Notes under the pieces: generated by a model
The model's database searches: none
What the model was told of the DNA's origin: nothing
What the model saw: only the letters and a program-made list of their open reading frames with translations
Translations under genes and position numbers: made by a program
Shown here: in pieces, positions 1 to 9,926 of the stretch
Layout of the letters: every line of letters begins with the position of its first letter
How positions within the stretch are numbered: position 1 is the first letter of the stretch
DNA from: Candidatus Uhrbacteria bacterium
GTDB taxonomy: Bacteria; Patescibacteriota; Patescibacteriia; JACPHY01
Length of the DNA stretch: 64,000 bases
Assembly (NCBI GenBank): GCA_016188355.1
Contig: JACPHY010000003.1
Location: 8,170-72,169 of the forward strand
Direction of reading: 5' to 3'

Positions 1-567
1 ATCGTTCTCCCAGAGCACCGTCGCAAGACGCAGCCCGAATCGTTCTGCGATGGTGGATGGCGTGTCGCCAGACTCCACCACGTACATGGTCACCCCACCC
101 TGCGCACGCTCTTCGAGCGCCGTGTCGGTCAGAATGGGCTGCACCACCGCAAATCCATTCGTCGCCACCTCGGACGCAGTCATTTCTGCGGCAAGCACCG
201 TCGGGGGCATGGCCGCGCTCACGCTAGCCGCACGGAATGCGGGGCGCTCCACGTGGAATGCCGGACCGGCAATGGTTTCCTCCACGCCGTCATCTCCCTC
301 CTCGCTAGTGACGAACATGGCGAGCAGCGGTCCCCGACCCATGAATCCGCCATACTCTCGCGCATGGAGAGTCTGCGCCGCCATGCCGAGCACCACGATA
401 ATAAAAATGGCATGCACCGCAGCACGGCTGGTGAGCAATGCAATCAGCCAGGAAAAACCTCGGAGCTGTGCGCGTGCAGCACACCGACGGAACACCCACC
501 ATGCACGGAATGCAGGGAGCAGGGCGCGCGCGCCGGAGTGTCCTGCTGTTTTCCCAAATCCCACCAT
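1..567 (-). CDS. LysM domain-containing membrane/secreted protein, partial (3' end lies beyond the window start)
   Basis: Hand translation of the minus frame with codons at 1-3, 4-6, ... (not in the ORF track because it has no stop inside the window): open from a stop at 853-855 down to position 1. Visible part ends '...ERAQGGVTMYVVESGDTPSTIAERFGLRLATVLWEND', a LysM signature (YxVxxGDTxxxIAxxFG...N). It is preceded by a basic stretch and hydrophobic segment 'FRRCAARAQLRGFSWLIALLTSRAAVHAIFIIVVLGMAA', a signal-anchor. Start is uncertain: ATG at 567-565 or a GTG near 417. Confidence 0.4.
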   Translation of the reverse strand, partial: MVGFGKTAGHSGARALLPAFRAWWVFRRCAARAQLRGFSWLIALLTSRAAVHAIFIIVVLGMAAQTLHAREYGGFMGRGPLLAMFVTSEEGDDGVEETIAGPAFHVERPAFRAASVSAAMPPTVLAAEMTASEVATNGFAVVQPILTDTALEERAQGGVTMYVVESGDTPSTIAERFGLRLATVLWEND

Positions 568-910
568 GCCATGACCAAACGCCCGGAACCCACGTCCGAG
601 CGCTAAAAGCGCCCGAATCACGGAGATTCCAAGCGCAACTGCCGTCTTCTTGAGTGATCGTGCGATAGCTACCCCAGCACCCCCGCGGCGCCCTCCCGAA
701 CGCCCCTCGGGGGGATAAGCCCAACATGCGGTCTCCCGAAACAACCTTTTCTTTATGTTGAGCGGAGAATATCCCCTGTGGACAGCAAATCCAGAAAAGA
801 AAAAACCTGGAGTACACGTCGACCGTGCGGATCCAGGACTGCCAGTACTATATCACAGGATTCCCCTCCGGTCAACCGCCTGTCAAACCAATCATGGGTG
901 ATACACAAAA

Positions 911-1594
911 CTATTTCACGGCCCTCATGCCAGGTAATGACACAAATGAATCGCAGAACGAACGCCGATGGAGTGGTGTTAATCCGTGCTGCAGAATCGC
1001 TGCGCGGTGCACGGCAGTCGCGTATCCCTTATGGATTGCGAATCCATACGCGGGATATTGCTCGTGGAGTTCGCACATGAGTCGATCGCGGGCGACTTTT
1101 GCGACGATGGATGCCGCGGCAATCGATTTCACGAGCGCGTCGCCGCGAATGATGCCGCGTTGGGGAATCGGCAAATCCGGGAGCGTCCATGCATCAATGA
1201 GCGCATAGGCGGATCCTGTGGCATAGCCTGCATCCAGGAATGCGGTGATGGCGCGCCGCATTGCGAGATAGGTGGCCTGGCGAATATGGAGTCGGTCGAT
1301 TTCTTCGACGCTCGCGGCGCCAATCGTCCATCGGTATCCTCGCTCGGCAAAGACCGCGGCGAGACGCTCGCGCTGCTTCGGGGAGAGCAGCTTCGAATCA
1401 CGCACCTCTGGCAGACGTGACTGCAGGGGAAGATGCATCGCCGCGGTGACCACCGGACCCGCGAGACACCCGCATCCCACTTCATCCACGCCAACAGGAA
1501 AATACCCGTCACGCAGTAACGCGCGCTCGTGGTGGAACGTGGGGAGTATCATGCATCCCCATCGTACCGCACCAACAAATGAAAACCGCCGCAC
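911..1594 (-). CDS. rnhB: ribonuclease HII
   Basis: 227-aa ORF. 'VGVDEVGCGCLAGPVV' is the RNase HII catalytic N-terminal motif, followed by 'RDSKLLSPKQRERL'. Typical length. Confidence 0.9.
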   Translation of the reverse strand: MRRFSFVGAVRWGCMILPTFHHERALLRDGYFPVGVDEVGCGCLAGPVVTAAMHLPLQSRLPEVRDSKLLSPKQRERLAAVFAERGYRWTIGAASVEEIDRLHIRQATYLAMRRAITAFLDAGYATGSAYALIDAWTLPDLPIPQRGIIRGDALVKSIAAASIVAKVARDRLMCELHEQYPAYGFAIHKGYATAVHRAAILQHGLTPLHRRSFCDSFVSLPGMRAVK

Positions 1595-1694
1595 CCGAGG
1601 AGTGCAGCGGCGAATATATCCACACGACTCGATGGAATCATCATCTCCGAAAACACCACGTATTCAGGATCCGGCAGCGTGCTCCGTTGCCGCC

Positions 1695-2108
1695 TTACTC
1701 GCCGGACGCACTCCCATCGTCCGGACAAGCATGCAGATGGCTCCATCCCGGCGGCTGCAGCGCGCCCGTACCATGCTGCGGCGGTGGATCGACCGCGACC
1801 GCCAGGAGGCGATCGTCCACATGCCCAGTGAGGATCGCCGCCAACTGCGCACGTGCGGACGCAAGTTCTTCCGCCTGCCAGCACAGTACGGAGAGGAGTG
1901 CCGTGGGAAACGCGTCGATGAGCGAAAGCAGCTCCTCAGCGGTGTGGATGTTGCACTCCGCGTCGAGCCATCGGAACAAGAGCGGAGACAATTCGAGCAC
2001 CCACTCACTCGTGGACTGCGGTACCTGTACCCGCCTCGGCATCAACGCTGCACCAAAATCACCGGGACGCAGCGGGTGTGGATTGGTTCCAGATTCCAAT
2101 CGCACCAT
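1695..2108 (-). CDS. hypothetical protein (upstream of rnhB, same strand)
   Basis: ORF 1695..2129(-), with start moved to the ATG at 2108 because AGGAGG lies 8 nt upstream (revcomp of 'caacctcctgcc'). Non-repetitive composition '...LLFRWLDAECNIHTAEELLSLIDAFPTALLSVLCWQAEELASARAQLAAILTGHVDDRLLAV...'. No recognisable family. Confidence 0.35.
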   Translation of the reverse strand: MVRLESGTNPHPLRPGDFGAALMPRRVQVPQSTSEWVLELSPLLFRWLDAECNIHTAEELLSLIDAFPTALLSVLCWQAEELASARAQLAAILTGHVDDRLLAVAVDPPPQHGTGALQPPGWSHLHACPDDGSASGE

Positions 2109-2299
2109 GCAATCAACCTCCTGCCGCACGAAGGACCTCTACGGCACGGCGAGCGTACCCGCGATCGCTCATTTTGTCAACCGCTTGACCGGCGCATCGC
2201 AGTTGCCCACAATAAAGCTACACGTCCCCGCGTACCTCCTGATGGTACGCGTTTTCTCATGGGACCACGGACCAGCCGTGTCATCCGCTGGTCATCACT

Positions 2300-4321
2300 A
2301 TGATCTCCATACTCACCTTTGCGCTCCTCACCGCGCTCGCAGCGATTGCGTACGGCGGCATCCTCACCGCCCAAATCCTGAAGCTCCCCGCGGGTGAAGG
2401 GAAGATGGTTGGCATCGCACATGCGATCCAGGAAGGTGCGCGCGCATTCCTGAAGCGTCAGTACATCTCCGTCGCATGGATCGGCGCGCTCCTCTTCCTC
2501 GTCATTGGACTGCTCCCGAGCCTCGGATGGAACGTCGCGATCGGATTCCTCGTGGGCGCCGTGCTCTCCGCAGCTGCCGGCATCATCGGCATGATGGTCG
2601 CGGTTCGCGCAAACGTGCGCACGGCAGAAGCCGCAAAGTTGGGGCTCCCCCAGGCACTCGACGTTGCCGTGAAAGGCGGCGCCGTGACCGGCATGCTCGT
2701 CGTCGGTCTCGCGCTCCTCGGTGTTGTTGCCGTGTTCTGGATGGGCGGCGCGAATGGTGACGCGCTCCACATGCTCGTCGGTCTCGGCTTCGGCGGTTCA
2801 CTCATCTCGGTCTTCGCCCGACTAGGTGGCGGCATCTACACGAAGGCCGCAGACGTCGGCGCCGATCTCGTCGGCAAAGTAGAGGCGGGCATTCCAGAAG
2901 ATGATCCTCGCAACCCGGCAGTCATCGCAGATAACGTGGGAGATAATGTGGGCGACGATGCGGGCATGGCTGCGGATCTCTTTGAAACGTACGCAGTCAC
3001 CACAGTCGCGACCATGCTCCTCGGCGCACTCATCGGCGGCGCGGACTCCGCGGCCGTACTCTACCCGCTCCTCATCGGTGGCATTGGCATCATCGCTTCC
3101 ATTCTCGGTACCTTTGCGATTCGTCTCGGCAAGGGTTCCACGCAAATCATGGCCGCGCTCTATAAAGGACTTGCCACATCCGGTGTGCTTGCCGCGATTG
3201 GCATCGTCGTCATTCCCGGACTCTTCACCATCGGCAATGCGTCCTTCAACGTGCGTTCCGCGGCACTCTTCGGCCCTGCACTCATCGGTCTCGCCGTGAC
3301 CGCGCTCCTCGTGCTCATCACGGAGTACTACACCTCGACCGGATTCGCCCCGGTCCGCTCTATCGCGCAAGCATCGGAAACGGGTCATGGCACGAACGTG
3401 ATTCAAGGACTCGCGGTGGGCCTCCGCTCGACCGCGCTCCCCGTGCTCGTCATCGCCGCCGCCATCGGCTGCTCGTATGCGCTCGGCGGTCTCTATGGCA
3501 TTGGCATTGCGGCTATGGCCATGCTCTCGCTCGCGGGCATCATCGTGACGATCGATGCATACGGTCCCATCACTGACAACGCCGGCGGCATTGCGGAAAT
3601 GGCCGGACTTCCGGACTCCGTGCGCGCGATCACCGATCCGCTCGACGCAGTCGGCAACACGACCAAAGCGGTCACCAAGGGCTACGCGATTGGCTCCGCG
3701 GGACTCGCCGCGCTCGTGCTCTTCGCGGATTACACGCACGCCCTCGCAAGTCGCGGCCTCTCGGTGGAGTTCCGCCTCGATGATCCGAAGGTGCTCATCG
3801 GACTCCTCATTGGTGGCGTCCTCCCGCATCTCTTTGGCGCGCGCGCCATGGAAGCGGTACGCAAGGCGGCGAGCAGCGTGGTGGAAGAAGTGCGCCGACA
3901 GTTCAAGGAAATCCCCGGCATCATGGAGGGGACCAGCAAGCCCGACTACGGTCGCTGCGTCGATATTGTGACGAAGGCTGCCATCCGGGAGATGATCATC
4001 CCTGCGCTCCTCCCTGTGGTCGCACCGATCCTGGTCGGCCTATTCCTCGGCGCACAGGCGCTCGGCGGTCTCCTCGTCGGCGTGCTCATCTCAGGACTCT
4101 TCATGGCGATCGCCATGACGACCGGCGGAGCGGCATGGGACAACGCGAAAAAGTACATCGAAGCGGGCAATCATGGCGGGAAAAAGTCACCCGCACATCA
4201 GGCGGCTGTCACCGGCGACACGGTCGGCGATCCATACAAGGACACCGCCGGACCCGCGATCAATCCGATGATCAAAATCGTGAACATCGTAGCGCTGCTC
4301 ATTGTGGGACTGCTCGCGTGA
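2300..4321 (+). CDS. hppA: K(+)-insensitive/H(+)-translocating membrane pyrophosphatase
   Basis: 673 aa, many TM helices. Contains the diagnostic '[22 protein letters not shown]' and '[17 protein letters not shown]' motifs of V-type H+-PPases. Confidence 0.95.
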   Translation: MISILTFALLTALAAIAYGGILTAQILKLPAGEGKMVGIAHAIQEGARAFLKRQYISVAWIGALLFLVIGLLPSLGWNVAIGFLVGAVLSAAAGIIGMMVAVRANVRTAEAAKLGLPQALDVAVKGGAVTGMLVVGLALLGVVAVFWMGGANGDALHMLVGLGFGGSLISVFARLGGGIYTKAADVGADLVGKVEAGIPEDDPRNPAVIADNVGDNVGDDAGMAADLFETYAVTTVATMLLGALIGGADSAAVLYPLLIGGIGIIASILGTFAIRLGKGSTQIMAALYKGLATSGVLAAIGIVVIPGLFTIGNASFNVRSAALFGPALIGLAVTALLVLITEYYTSTGFAPVRSIAQASETGHGTNVIQGLAVGLRSTALPVLVIAAAIGCSYALGGLYGIGIAAMAMLSLAGIIVTIDAYGPITDNAGGIAEMAGLPDSVRAITDPLDAVGNTTKAVTKGYAIGSAGLAALVLFADYTHALASRGLSVEFRLDDPKVLIGLLIGGVLPHLFGARAMEAVRKAASSVVEEVRRQFKEIPGIMEGTSKPDYGRCVDIVTKAAIREMIIPALLPVVAPILVGLFLGAQALGGLLVGVLISGLFMAIAMTTGGAAWDNAKKYIEAGNHGGKKSPAHQAAVTGDTVGDPYKDTAGPAINPMIKIVNIVALLIVGLLA

Positions 4322-5895
4322 GCCTCGCGCCGCGGTACGCAATACCCTTGCCCATGTGGGCAGGGGTATTGACATACATGCCTCGCCTGCGGTTCCATGG
4401 TTGCGCGGCGCCGCAGGGCTGTGCAGTACATCGCATCGTGATGCCGTGCTCCGCAGGGCAGCACGGAGCGCCGGGCCGAGTACCCAATCTCGGTACATTC
4501 GTCCTTTCCTTCTTCCCCCATCACCTGCGCACTGCCCGGCAACGCATCGCAATGCCTCGTGCCGCACGGCGCAGCTTCGACTCGCGCATGCCAACCGCGA
4601 GCAATGGGACACATGCGTCTCTCGTCCTCCACCTCCCACCGCGCAGCGCACCGCAGCGCACCGCGTAGCCCAGCAAGACTCGTCCCGGCAGCAAATCGAG
4701 TCCAATCTCGATGCATCCGCCTGCCACCGATCACCGCCGCGCAGCAGTGCATCGCGTCGCGGCGTACTGCTATGCGCCTCAGAGCGTCGCTCCGGATGGG
4801 GACCATCCCCATCCCCCCTCCCCCTGCACTCATATCCATTGATAGCGGCGCCGTAGTGCTACGCACCGCAGCGCATCGTGATGCAGCGCACCGCACCCGG
4901 CCGGGTACCCAACCCCGGCCGTTTCATTTTCTCGCCATACCACTTGACGACACTCCACCATCCCGGTATCGTCGCTGCGATGTCGAATCCTTCCCAATCC
5001 ACTCGCCCACTGCCCATGTGCTCCCTCCTCCTGGTGGACGACGATATCCTCACGATGGAATCCTACTGCTGAGCAACGTGCAGTTCTGCTAGGCATCGCC
5101 CAGCAATGTAGCGCGTTGCCCGGTCCGGAGTTCGGTCGAATCCGAACCCTCCAGATCCTCCACGCGCCATCGCCCTGCCCTGCGCAGCCGGGTATCGCGC
5201 TGCTACGCAGCGCGCCGCGAAGCGCGGTAGCGTTGTGAATCGGGCCACATCCCGATTACGTATTCCTGCGCACCACGATCTCATCGTCGCCAGGCTACGC
5301 AGTGCTCTGCTGCGCTCGGCAATGCTTCGGGTGGGACTCCATTCTCATCACGTCTGTATACATGGTGGCCGTTGCATGCCCAGCTTCGCCCAGCTACGCA
5401 ATGCACCGCGCAGCACTGCGCTGCCCTGTCGAGCAACGCATCGCGGCGGGTGAGGCCCCATCCTCACCAACCACTACTTCCACCCGCATCGCCACTCTCG
5501 CACTGTTCCTTGTTTCTTGTTCTCTTGCGCCGCGTCATGCGGCAATGCAACGCACAGTTCTGCTTCGCGGTGTTTTGTCGCGGGTGGGGCCCCATCCTCA
5601 TCACTGATCCCGTATATACCCATTGCTCACTCAGTGTCGCAGTGCTGCGCCCAGCAACGCAGCGCACGGTTGCGCTACGCACCGCTCCGGACCAGGTCCA
5701 TCCCTGGTCCGTTTTCTTTGCCATGACACACGGAAATACTGCGTGCGCCCATCACTTGACAGCACCTCGCGATTTGTTAAGGTGCCGATCGTCTCTGCGC
5801 CGCATGAGCGACCGCAAGAGGCGACCGCGCCTTCACAATCACAACAAAAACCTCTCAACCGAGTAGAGGGAAGAAGGCGCAAGGAGTGAGTATTC
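4322..5895. repeat. 1.57-kb non-coding repeat tract: degenerate ~12-mer arrays (GCARYGCANCGC-like) interspersed with hairpins carrying a conserved CCCAWYC loop and GTTTTC tail
   Basis: No credible ORF here; the track ORFs are Arg/Ala-rich antisense-type artefacts. Runs such as 'gcgcagcgcaccgcagcgcaccgcgtagc' and 'gtcgcagtgctgcgcccagcaacgcagcgcacggttgcgctacgcaccgctcc' show 12-nt periodicity. Hairpins sit at about 4898-4933 (CGGCCGGG/CCCGGCCG + TTTCATTTTCTC), 5449-5468 (GGTGAGG-ccccat-CCTCACC), 5583-5612 (degenerate) and 5689-5720 (GGACCAGG-tccatc-CCTGGTCC + GTTTTCTTTG). Confidence 0.7.
5756..5783 (+). promoter_or_regulatory. candidate sigma70-type promoter upstream of paralog A (TTGACA-16nt-TAAGGT)
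   Basis: 'cacTTGACAgcacctcgcgatttgtTAAGGTgcc' about 110 nt upstream of the ATG at 5896. Spacing is acceptable; the -10 is weak. Confidence 0.3.
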
Positions 5896-6792
5896 ATGGC
5901 ACGAAGGAAGAATACCGGCACATCCGGATCCCCAGACCCCGATGCCCCAGCGAGCACAGTGCAGGTGGGGAGCAGAAAGAAGACCCGGCCGCGTCAGACG
6001 GATGGCGCGAACGACAACAGTGGTCATGCGGCGGTGACCGCGGAGAGCGAGTTCGACGAGGAAGCGTTCCGGAAGGTCGTTGCCTTCCAGGTGACCTGCG
6101 TCGGCATCTCGCCCATCCTCATGGCGGCCGCGGATGAACGGAAGACGCTCGAGATTGATGGTGGCATCTCCGAGGATGACAAGGCGGAGAAAGGATCAAG
6201 CGTCGAGGCAATTCGCGAGCATGCACGAAAGTACGTCATGCCGCGGAAACTCTATCGCGATGCCGCGGGCCGCGTCGGTATCCCGGCAGAGAACTTCCTC
6301 GAGGCCCTCATGCAGGCCGGCGTGAAGATCAAGCACGACAAGAAACAGCTCACCACCGGCAAGCACTCATACGTGCCATCACTCCTCGACATCGTCGAGG
6401 ACTTCCTCCTCTTCCCGGAGTCCTGCCAGGATCAGCCGGACGGCACCCCGGGATGGGTCGAGGACTATGATCACGGCTGGGGCAAAACCGGTACGTTCGT
6501 CGCGATCAAGCGTCCGAAGTTCGAAGTCGGCAGCTGGGGATTCCGTGCGACGCTCATGTTCAACCCCTCCGAGATCCCCCCGAAGGTGGTCCGACAGCTC
6601 GTCGCGATCGCCGGACGATTCGTCGGACTCGGCGGACATCGCCCCGGCAAGCGCGGCCGATTCGGCAAGTTCGTGATCGGCGACTGGCAGCAGCTCGCCG
6701 TAGCACCGGCACTCAACGATCGCATCGACGTACAGAAGTTCGTGAAGGACGCGCGATGGCCCGAACCGATGCCCGCAGCCGCGTCGACCTGA
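5896..6792 (+). CDS. hypothetical protein, paralog A of a tandem pair (disordered basic N-terminus)
   Basis: 298-aa ORF. Clearly paralogous to the next ORF: 'FQVTCVGISPILMAAADERKTLEIDGG' vs 'FCTITCTGTSPLLLNQTTEEQTLRIDGG'; 'YVPSLLDIVEDF' vs 'LVPALLEIVEQE'; 'WGFRATLMFNPSEIPPKVVRQLVAIAGRFVGLGG' vs 'WGFTVTLACHPTLTPGPFLEELLTIAGARIGVGS'. No family recognised. Confidence 0.6.
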   Translation: MARRKNTGTSGSPDPDAPASTVQVGSRKKTRPRQTDGANDNSGHAAVTAESEFDEEAFRKVVAFQVTCVGISPILMAAADERKTLEIDGGISEDDKAEKGSSVEAIREHARKYVMPRKLYRDAAGRVGIPAENFLEALMQAGVKIKHDKKQLTTGKHSYVPSLLDIVEDFLLFPESCQDQPDGTPGWVEDYDHGWGKTGTFVAIKRPKFEVGSWGFRATLMFNPSEIPPKVVRQLVAIAGRFVGLGGHRPGKRGRFGKFVIGDWQQLAVAPALNDRIDVQKFVKDARWPEPMPAAAST

Positions 6793-7637
6793 GTCCGCAA
6801 ACGCGCAAGGACACTTGGACGCTCCGTCCGGAAATCCTTGCGGCGGCACGACGCGCACAGGAGGAAATCCTCCCCGCGTTTTGCACCATTACATGCACGG
6901 GCACCTCGCCGCTGCTCCTCAATCAGACCACGGAGGAGCAGACGCTCCGCATCGATGGCGGCATGCGCGGCCCGCGGTTTCCGAAACCGCCGAATGCCAT
7001 CGCGCACGTGGCCAATCTTGCGCGGCGACGACAACGCGGTGATCCATCAGCGCAGGAGGAGCGTGCCGCACCGGAGGAGTGGGCTGCCTTCCATGCGTGG
7101 GAACGCCAATGCTACCGCGATCTCGTGGCAGCGCCAGGAATTCCGCGCATGGCAGACGGCTCCCCGTTCATTCCGGCACGCTACCTGGAGGAATGCCTCG
7201 TGCGTGCGGGACGGTATCTGGAGCATCCGCGGCTCGGCATACTCACGGACCCGGAGCCGAACGGCGGCAGCCTCGTTCCCGCACTCCTGGAGATCGTGGA
7301 ACAGGAACTGCCACTCCCGAACGATCAATGGGAACTCGATCTCCGACCGGGATGGAAGCATGGCGAAACAAATCCGGATCTCCGGAAATCGATCGCCCGC
7401 GCCAAGTACCGCGTCTGGGGATTCACGGTGACCCTGGCCTGCCATCCGACCCTCACGCCCGGTCCGTTCCTCGAGGAGCTGCTCACCATTGCGGGCGCGC
7501 GGATTGGTGTCGGTAGTTTCCGCCGTGACCCACGGAAGGGACATACGGAGCTCCGCGCGGTGTTCGGTCGATTCCGACCGACGCAGTGCGTCATGCAGAC
7601 AATCAACGCGCTGCCGCCCGAGGAGGCGGAGGCGTAA
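6756..7637 (+). CDS. hypothetical protein, paralog B of the tandem pair
   Basis: 293-aa ORF. Its start overlaps the end of paralog A by 37 nt in another frame, with no alternative in-frame start before the conserved block. Same conserved blocks as paralog A. Confidence 0.55.
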   Translation: MARTDARSRVDLSPQTRKDTWTLRPEILAAARRAQEEILPAFCTITCTGTSPLLLNQTTEEQTLRIDGGMRGPRFPKPPNAIAHVANLARRRQRGDPSAQEERAAPEEWAAFHAWERQCYRDLVAAPGIPRMADGSPFIPARYLEECLVRAGRYLEHPRLGILTDPEPNGGSLVPALLEIVEQELPLPNDQWELDLRPGWKHGETNPDLRKSIARAKYRVWGFTVTLACHPTLTPGPFLEELLTIAGARIGVGSFRRDPRKGHTELRAVFGRFRPTQCVMQTINALPPEEAEA

Positions 7638-8048
7638 CGAGTATCGATTCCTACGACGCGCGCAACGCACTGCAGTGCAACGTTGGGCAACGCACATCTC
7701 CGGGCGGGGCCCCATCCCCGCCCGTTTTCACTCACCACGCGTTCTCTTCGACTGCGGCAGCGCATCGCGCCGCGCCGCAGCGTGCGGTAATGCCGCGTTC
7801 CGAACGGAGCCCAATCTCCGTTCTCGCTTTTGCCCGCCCTCCGCACACTTACGCCCATATGTCGCCTGCGCCGCTGCGCATTGCAATGCAGCGTGTGGCA
7901 AAGCTACGCATTGGATCGGGAACCCTATCCCGATCCTTTTCTTTTGCGCATGCGATCGCACGCGCCACATTGACGAAGTCATGCGATTCTGCCAATATCT
8001 CCCTGTTCGATACGATCGTTCCCAATTACCGAAGGAGGAGCATGAGCC
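7638..8048. repeat. intergenic repeat tract (12-mer-like motifs plus three conserved-loop hairpins); contains a candidate promoter for the helicase
   Basis: Hairpins at 7701-7728, 7802-7834 (GAACGGAG-cccaat-CTCCGTTC + TCGCTTTTG) and 7913-7946 (GGATCGGGA-acccta-TCCCGATCC + TTTTCTTTTG). Motifs 'gcaacgcactgcagtgcaacg' and 'cattgcaatgcagcg'. Promoter-like 'TTGACGaagtcatgcgattctgcCAATAT' at about 7970-7998. Confidence 0.55.
7700..7730 (+). terminator. intrinsic-terminator-like hairpin after paralog B (CGGGCGGGG-ccccat-CCCCGCCCG + TTTTC)
   Basis: Perfect 9-bp GC stem with conserved loop 'ccccatc', followed by 'gttttcac'. Located about 65 nt after the stop at 7637. Confidence 0.5.
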
Positions 8049-9926
8049 ATGCGCGTCACGCTCACCGACTGTCTTGCCCAGTTTCCGCATCGCGCCATTC
8101 GCCCGGAGCAACAGGAACTCCTCGCCGCAATCACCGCAACTCCGGAGAGCATCACCATTGAGGGACCGACGGGCCTCGGAAAAACGGATGTGGCGATGTC
8201 CGTGCTCCGCGCGCGAGCGGCGACAGTGGCACAGGAACTTCGCGATCGCCAAGCGACCAATCCCGCCGCACGACCGCACCCGCGATGGTACTGCACGCCG
8301 ACGAAGAACGAGGTGGAACAAATCCAGCATCGATTCCCAGAGGTGCGCGTCATCTATGGGCGCAATGAGTATCCCTGCGCGTACTACCATGCGCGCGGCA
8401 TGCCGCTTGCCGCGGACGCCGTGCCATGCGCGACGCTCCGGAAGCAGCACTGCTGCCCGCATGCCATCGTGCCAGAGACCGGTCTCCCGGAAGATCCGCA
8501 CGCCGAGCCCTGTGCGTACCTCGCGGCGAAACATGCAGCGAAATCCGGAGGCATCGTCGTGACGACCACCGCATTTTTCCTCACGAGCTCGCTGCTCGCG
8601 CGCGATTGGGAAACGCCGGATACGGTCGTCATGGACGAAGCGGACCAACTCGCGGACATCGCGAGCCAACTCTTTGCGACGCACATTACCGATTCCGCGC
8701 TGCTCCAAATCTTGGCGCTCCTAGAACGCATCAACGACGCGCATCACGCGGATCTCTTCCGCACGTTCCTCGACATACTCCAACGGCACACGAGTCGTAC
8801 CCCTGGGGAATCGAAAATCCTCGAACCCACGCAGACCATCGCCCTGATCCAGCTCCTCGAACGTGCGCATTATCCGCATCTCCATGAACGCATCCAAACC
8901 GCGATGCGATCCGGGGTCTTGGATCCCGTGCAACAGCAATCGGAGCTCCGCATCCTCGAGGACCTCACGCGGAACATTCTCCGTTACCTTCGCCATCTCC
9001 GCTTCGCCGTAGGCGACGCCGATCGCGGGCCGCGCAATCTTGCCTTCGCGTATGCGGTACGAGAACGCGCGGACGGCACCATGGTCTGCCGCCTCGTCAT
9101 TGAGCCGTACCTGGTGAATGGACTCATCCGCGCGGCGGTTGGCGACCATGTCCTCGCCATGTCCGCCACCATTGGCGATGGGACGTACTTCGGATACGAA
9201 ACCGGACTCACCGCGCCGGTGTACCGAGTCGCGCGGTCCCCGTTTCCGATCCATCACCGACGCATCTATCTCCCCATCGATACACCCGACCTCGCCCATC
9301 GGGCACAGGAACGCAACACGCTGCGCGACGCGGTCATCCGCATTCTCGACTGCTGCGCGAAGTTCCGCGCGCGTGGCCATCGCGCACTGATCGTCACCAT
9401 GTCCAATGCGGAGCGCGATCACTTCGTGCGCCGCGCACCCGATGCGGGCCTCACTCTCATCTCGTATGGGAACGGCGTGACCGCACGTAATGCGCTCGAA
9501 CGATTTGTGCAGGGGGAAGGCGATGTGCTCGTCGGCACGTCCGCACAGTTCGCCACCGGCATTGATCTCCCGAAACAGATCGCGCCCATCATTGTGGCGC
9601 TCCGACCGAAGTATAGTAATCCGCACGATCCGCGCGCACAGTTCGAGGAATTGCAGCGCCTCTCCAAGGGCAAACGATTCGCCCGAGAACGATATCGCGC
9701 CACCAAGAATGCACTGCAGGTCTCCGGTCGCAATTGGCGCACCCCGGAGAGCGTAGGCATCACCATCTTCTACTCACGCCAATTCCGCGATCTCTTTCCG
9801 CAGGGATTACCGAGGTGGCTCGAACCCGCGTACGTCTCGACGCGTACACTCGACCAAATCGTCGAGGAGGCATGTGTCCTCCTCGACGCCGCACCCGACC
9901 TCCCGATCGCCGCCAGCAGCACCTGA
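8049..9926 (+). CDS. Rad3/XPD/DinG-like SF2 DNA helicase with Fe-S cluster domain
   Basis: 625 aa. Walker A 'IEGPTGLGKTD', motif II 'VVMDEADQL'. Cys-rich insertion between motifs I and II ('YPCAYYHARG...VPCATLRKQHCCPHAIV...EPCAYL') is typical of 4Fe-4S Rad3-family helicases. C-terminal 'VLVGTSAQFATGIDLP' matches motif V. RBS AAGGAGG upstream. Confidence 0.8.
   Translation: MRVTLTDCLAQFPHRAIRPEQQELLAAITATPESITIEGPTGLGKTDVAMSVLRARAATVAQELRDRQATNPAARPHPRWYCTPTKNEVEQIQHRFPEVRVIYGRNEYPCAYYHARGMPLAADAVPCATLRKQHCCPHAIVPETGLPEDPHAEPCAYLAAKHAAKSGGIVVTTTAFFLTSSLLARDWETPDTVVMDEADQLADIASQLFATHITDSALLQILALLERINDAHHADLFRTFLDILQRHTSRTPGESKILEPTQTIALIQLLERAHYPHLHERIQTAMRSGVLDPVQQQSELRILEDLTRNILRYLRHLRFAVGDADRGPRNLAFAYAVRERADGTMVCRLVIEPYLVNGLIRAAVGDHVLAMSATIGDGTYFGYETGLTAPVYRVARSPFPIHHRRIYLPIDTPDLAHRAQERNTLRDAVIRILDCCAKFRARGHRALIVTMSNAERDHFVRRAPDAGLTLISYGNGVTARNALERFVQGEGDVLVGTSAQFATGIDLPKQIAPIIVALRPKYSNPHDPRAQFEELQRLSKGKRFARERYRATKNALQVSGRNWRTPESVGITIFYSRQFRDLFPQGLPRWLEPAYVSTRTLDQIVEEACVLLDAAPDLPIAASST

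Noticed and set aside
1272-2303. 343-aa plus-strand ORF in the rnhB/hppA divergent region
   Set aside because: Arg/Ser-rich low-complexity translation. Overlaps the more plausible minus-strand 1695-2108 ORF and the rnhB start.
7489-8562. 357-aa plus-strand ORF spanning the paralog-B/helicase spacer
   Set aside because: Runs through the repeat and hairpin tract and out of frame through the helicase N-terminus. Arg/Ser/Pro-rich artefact.
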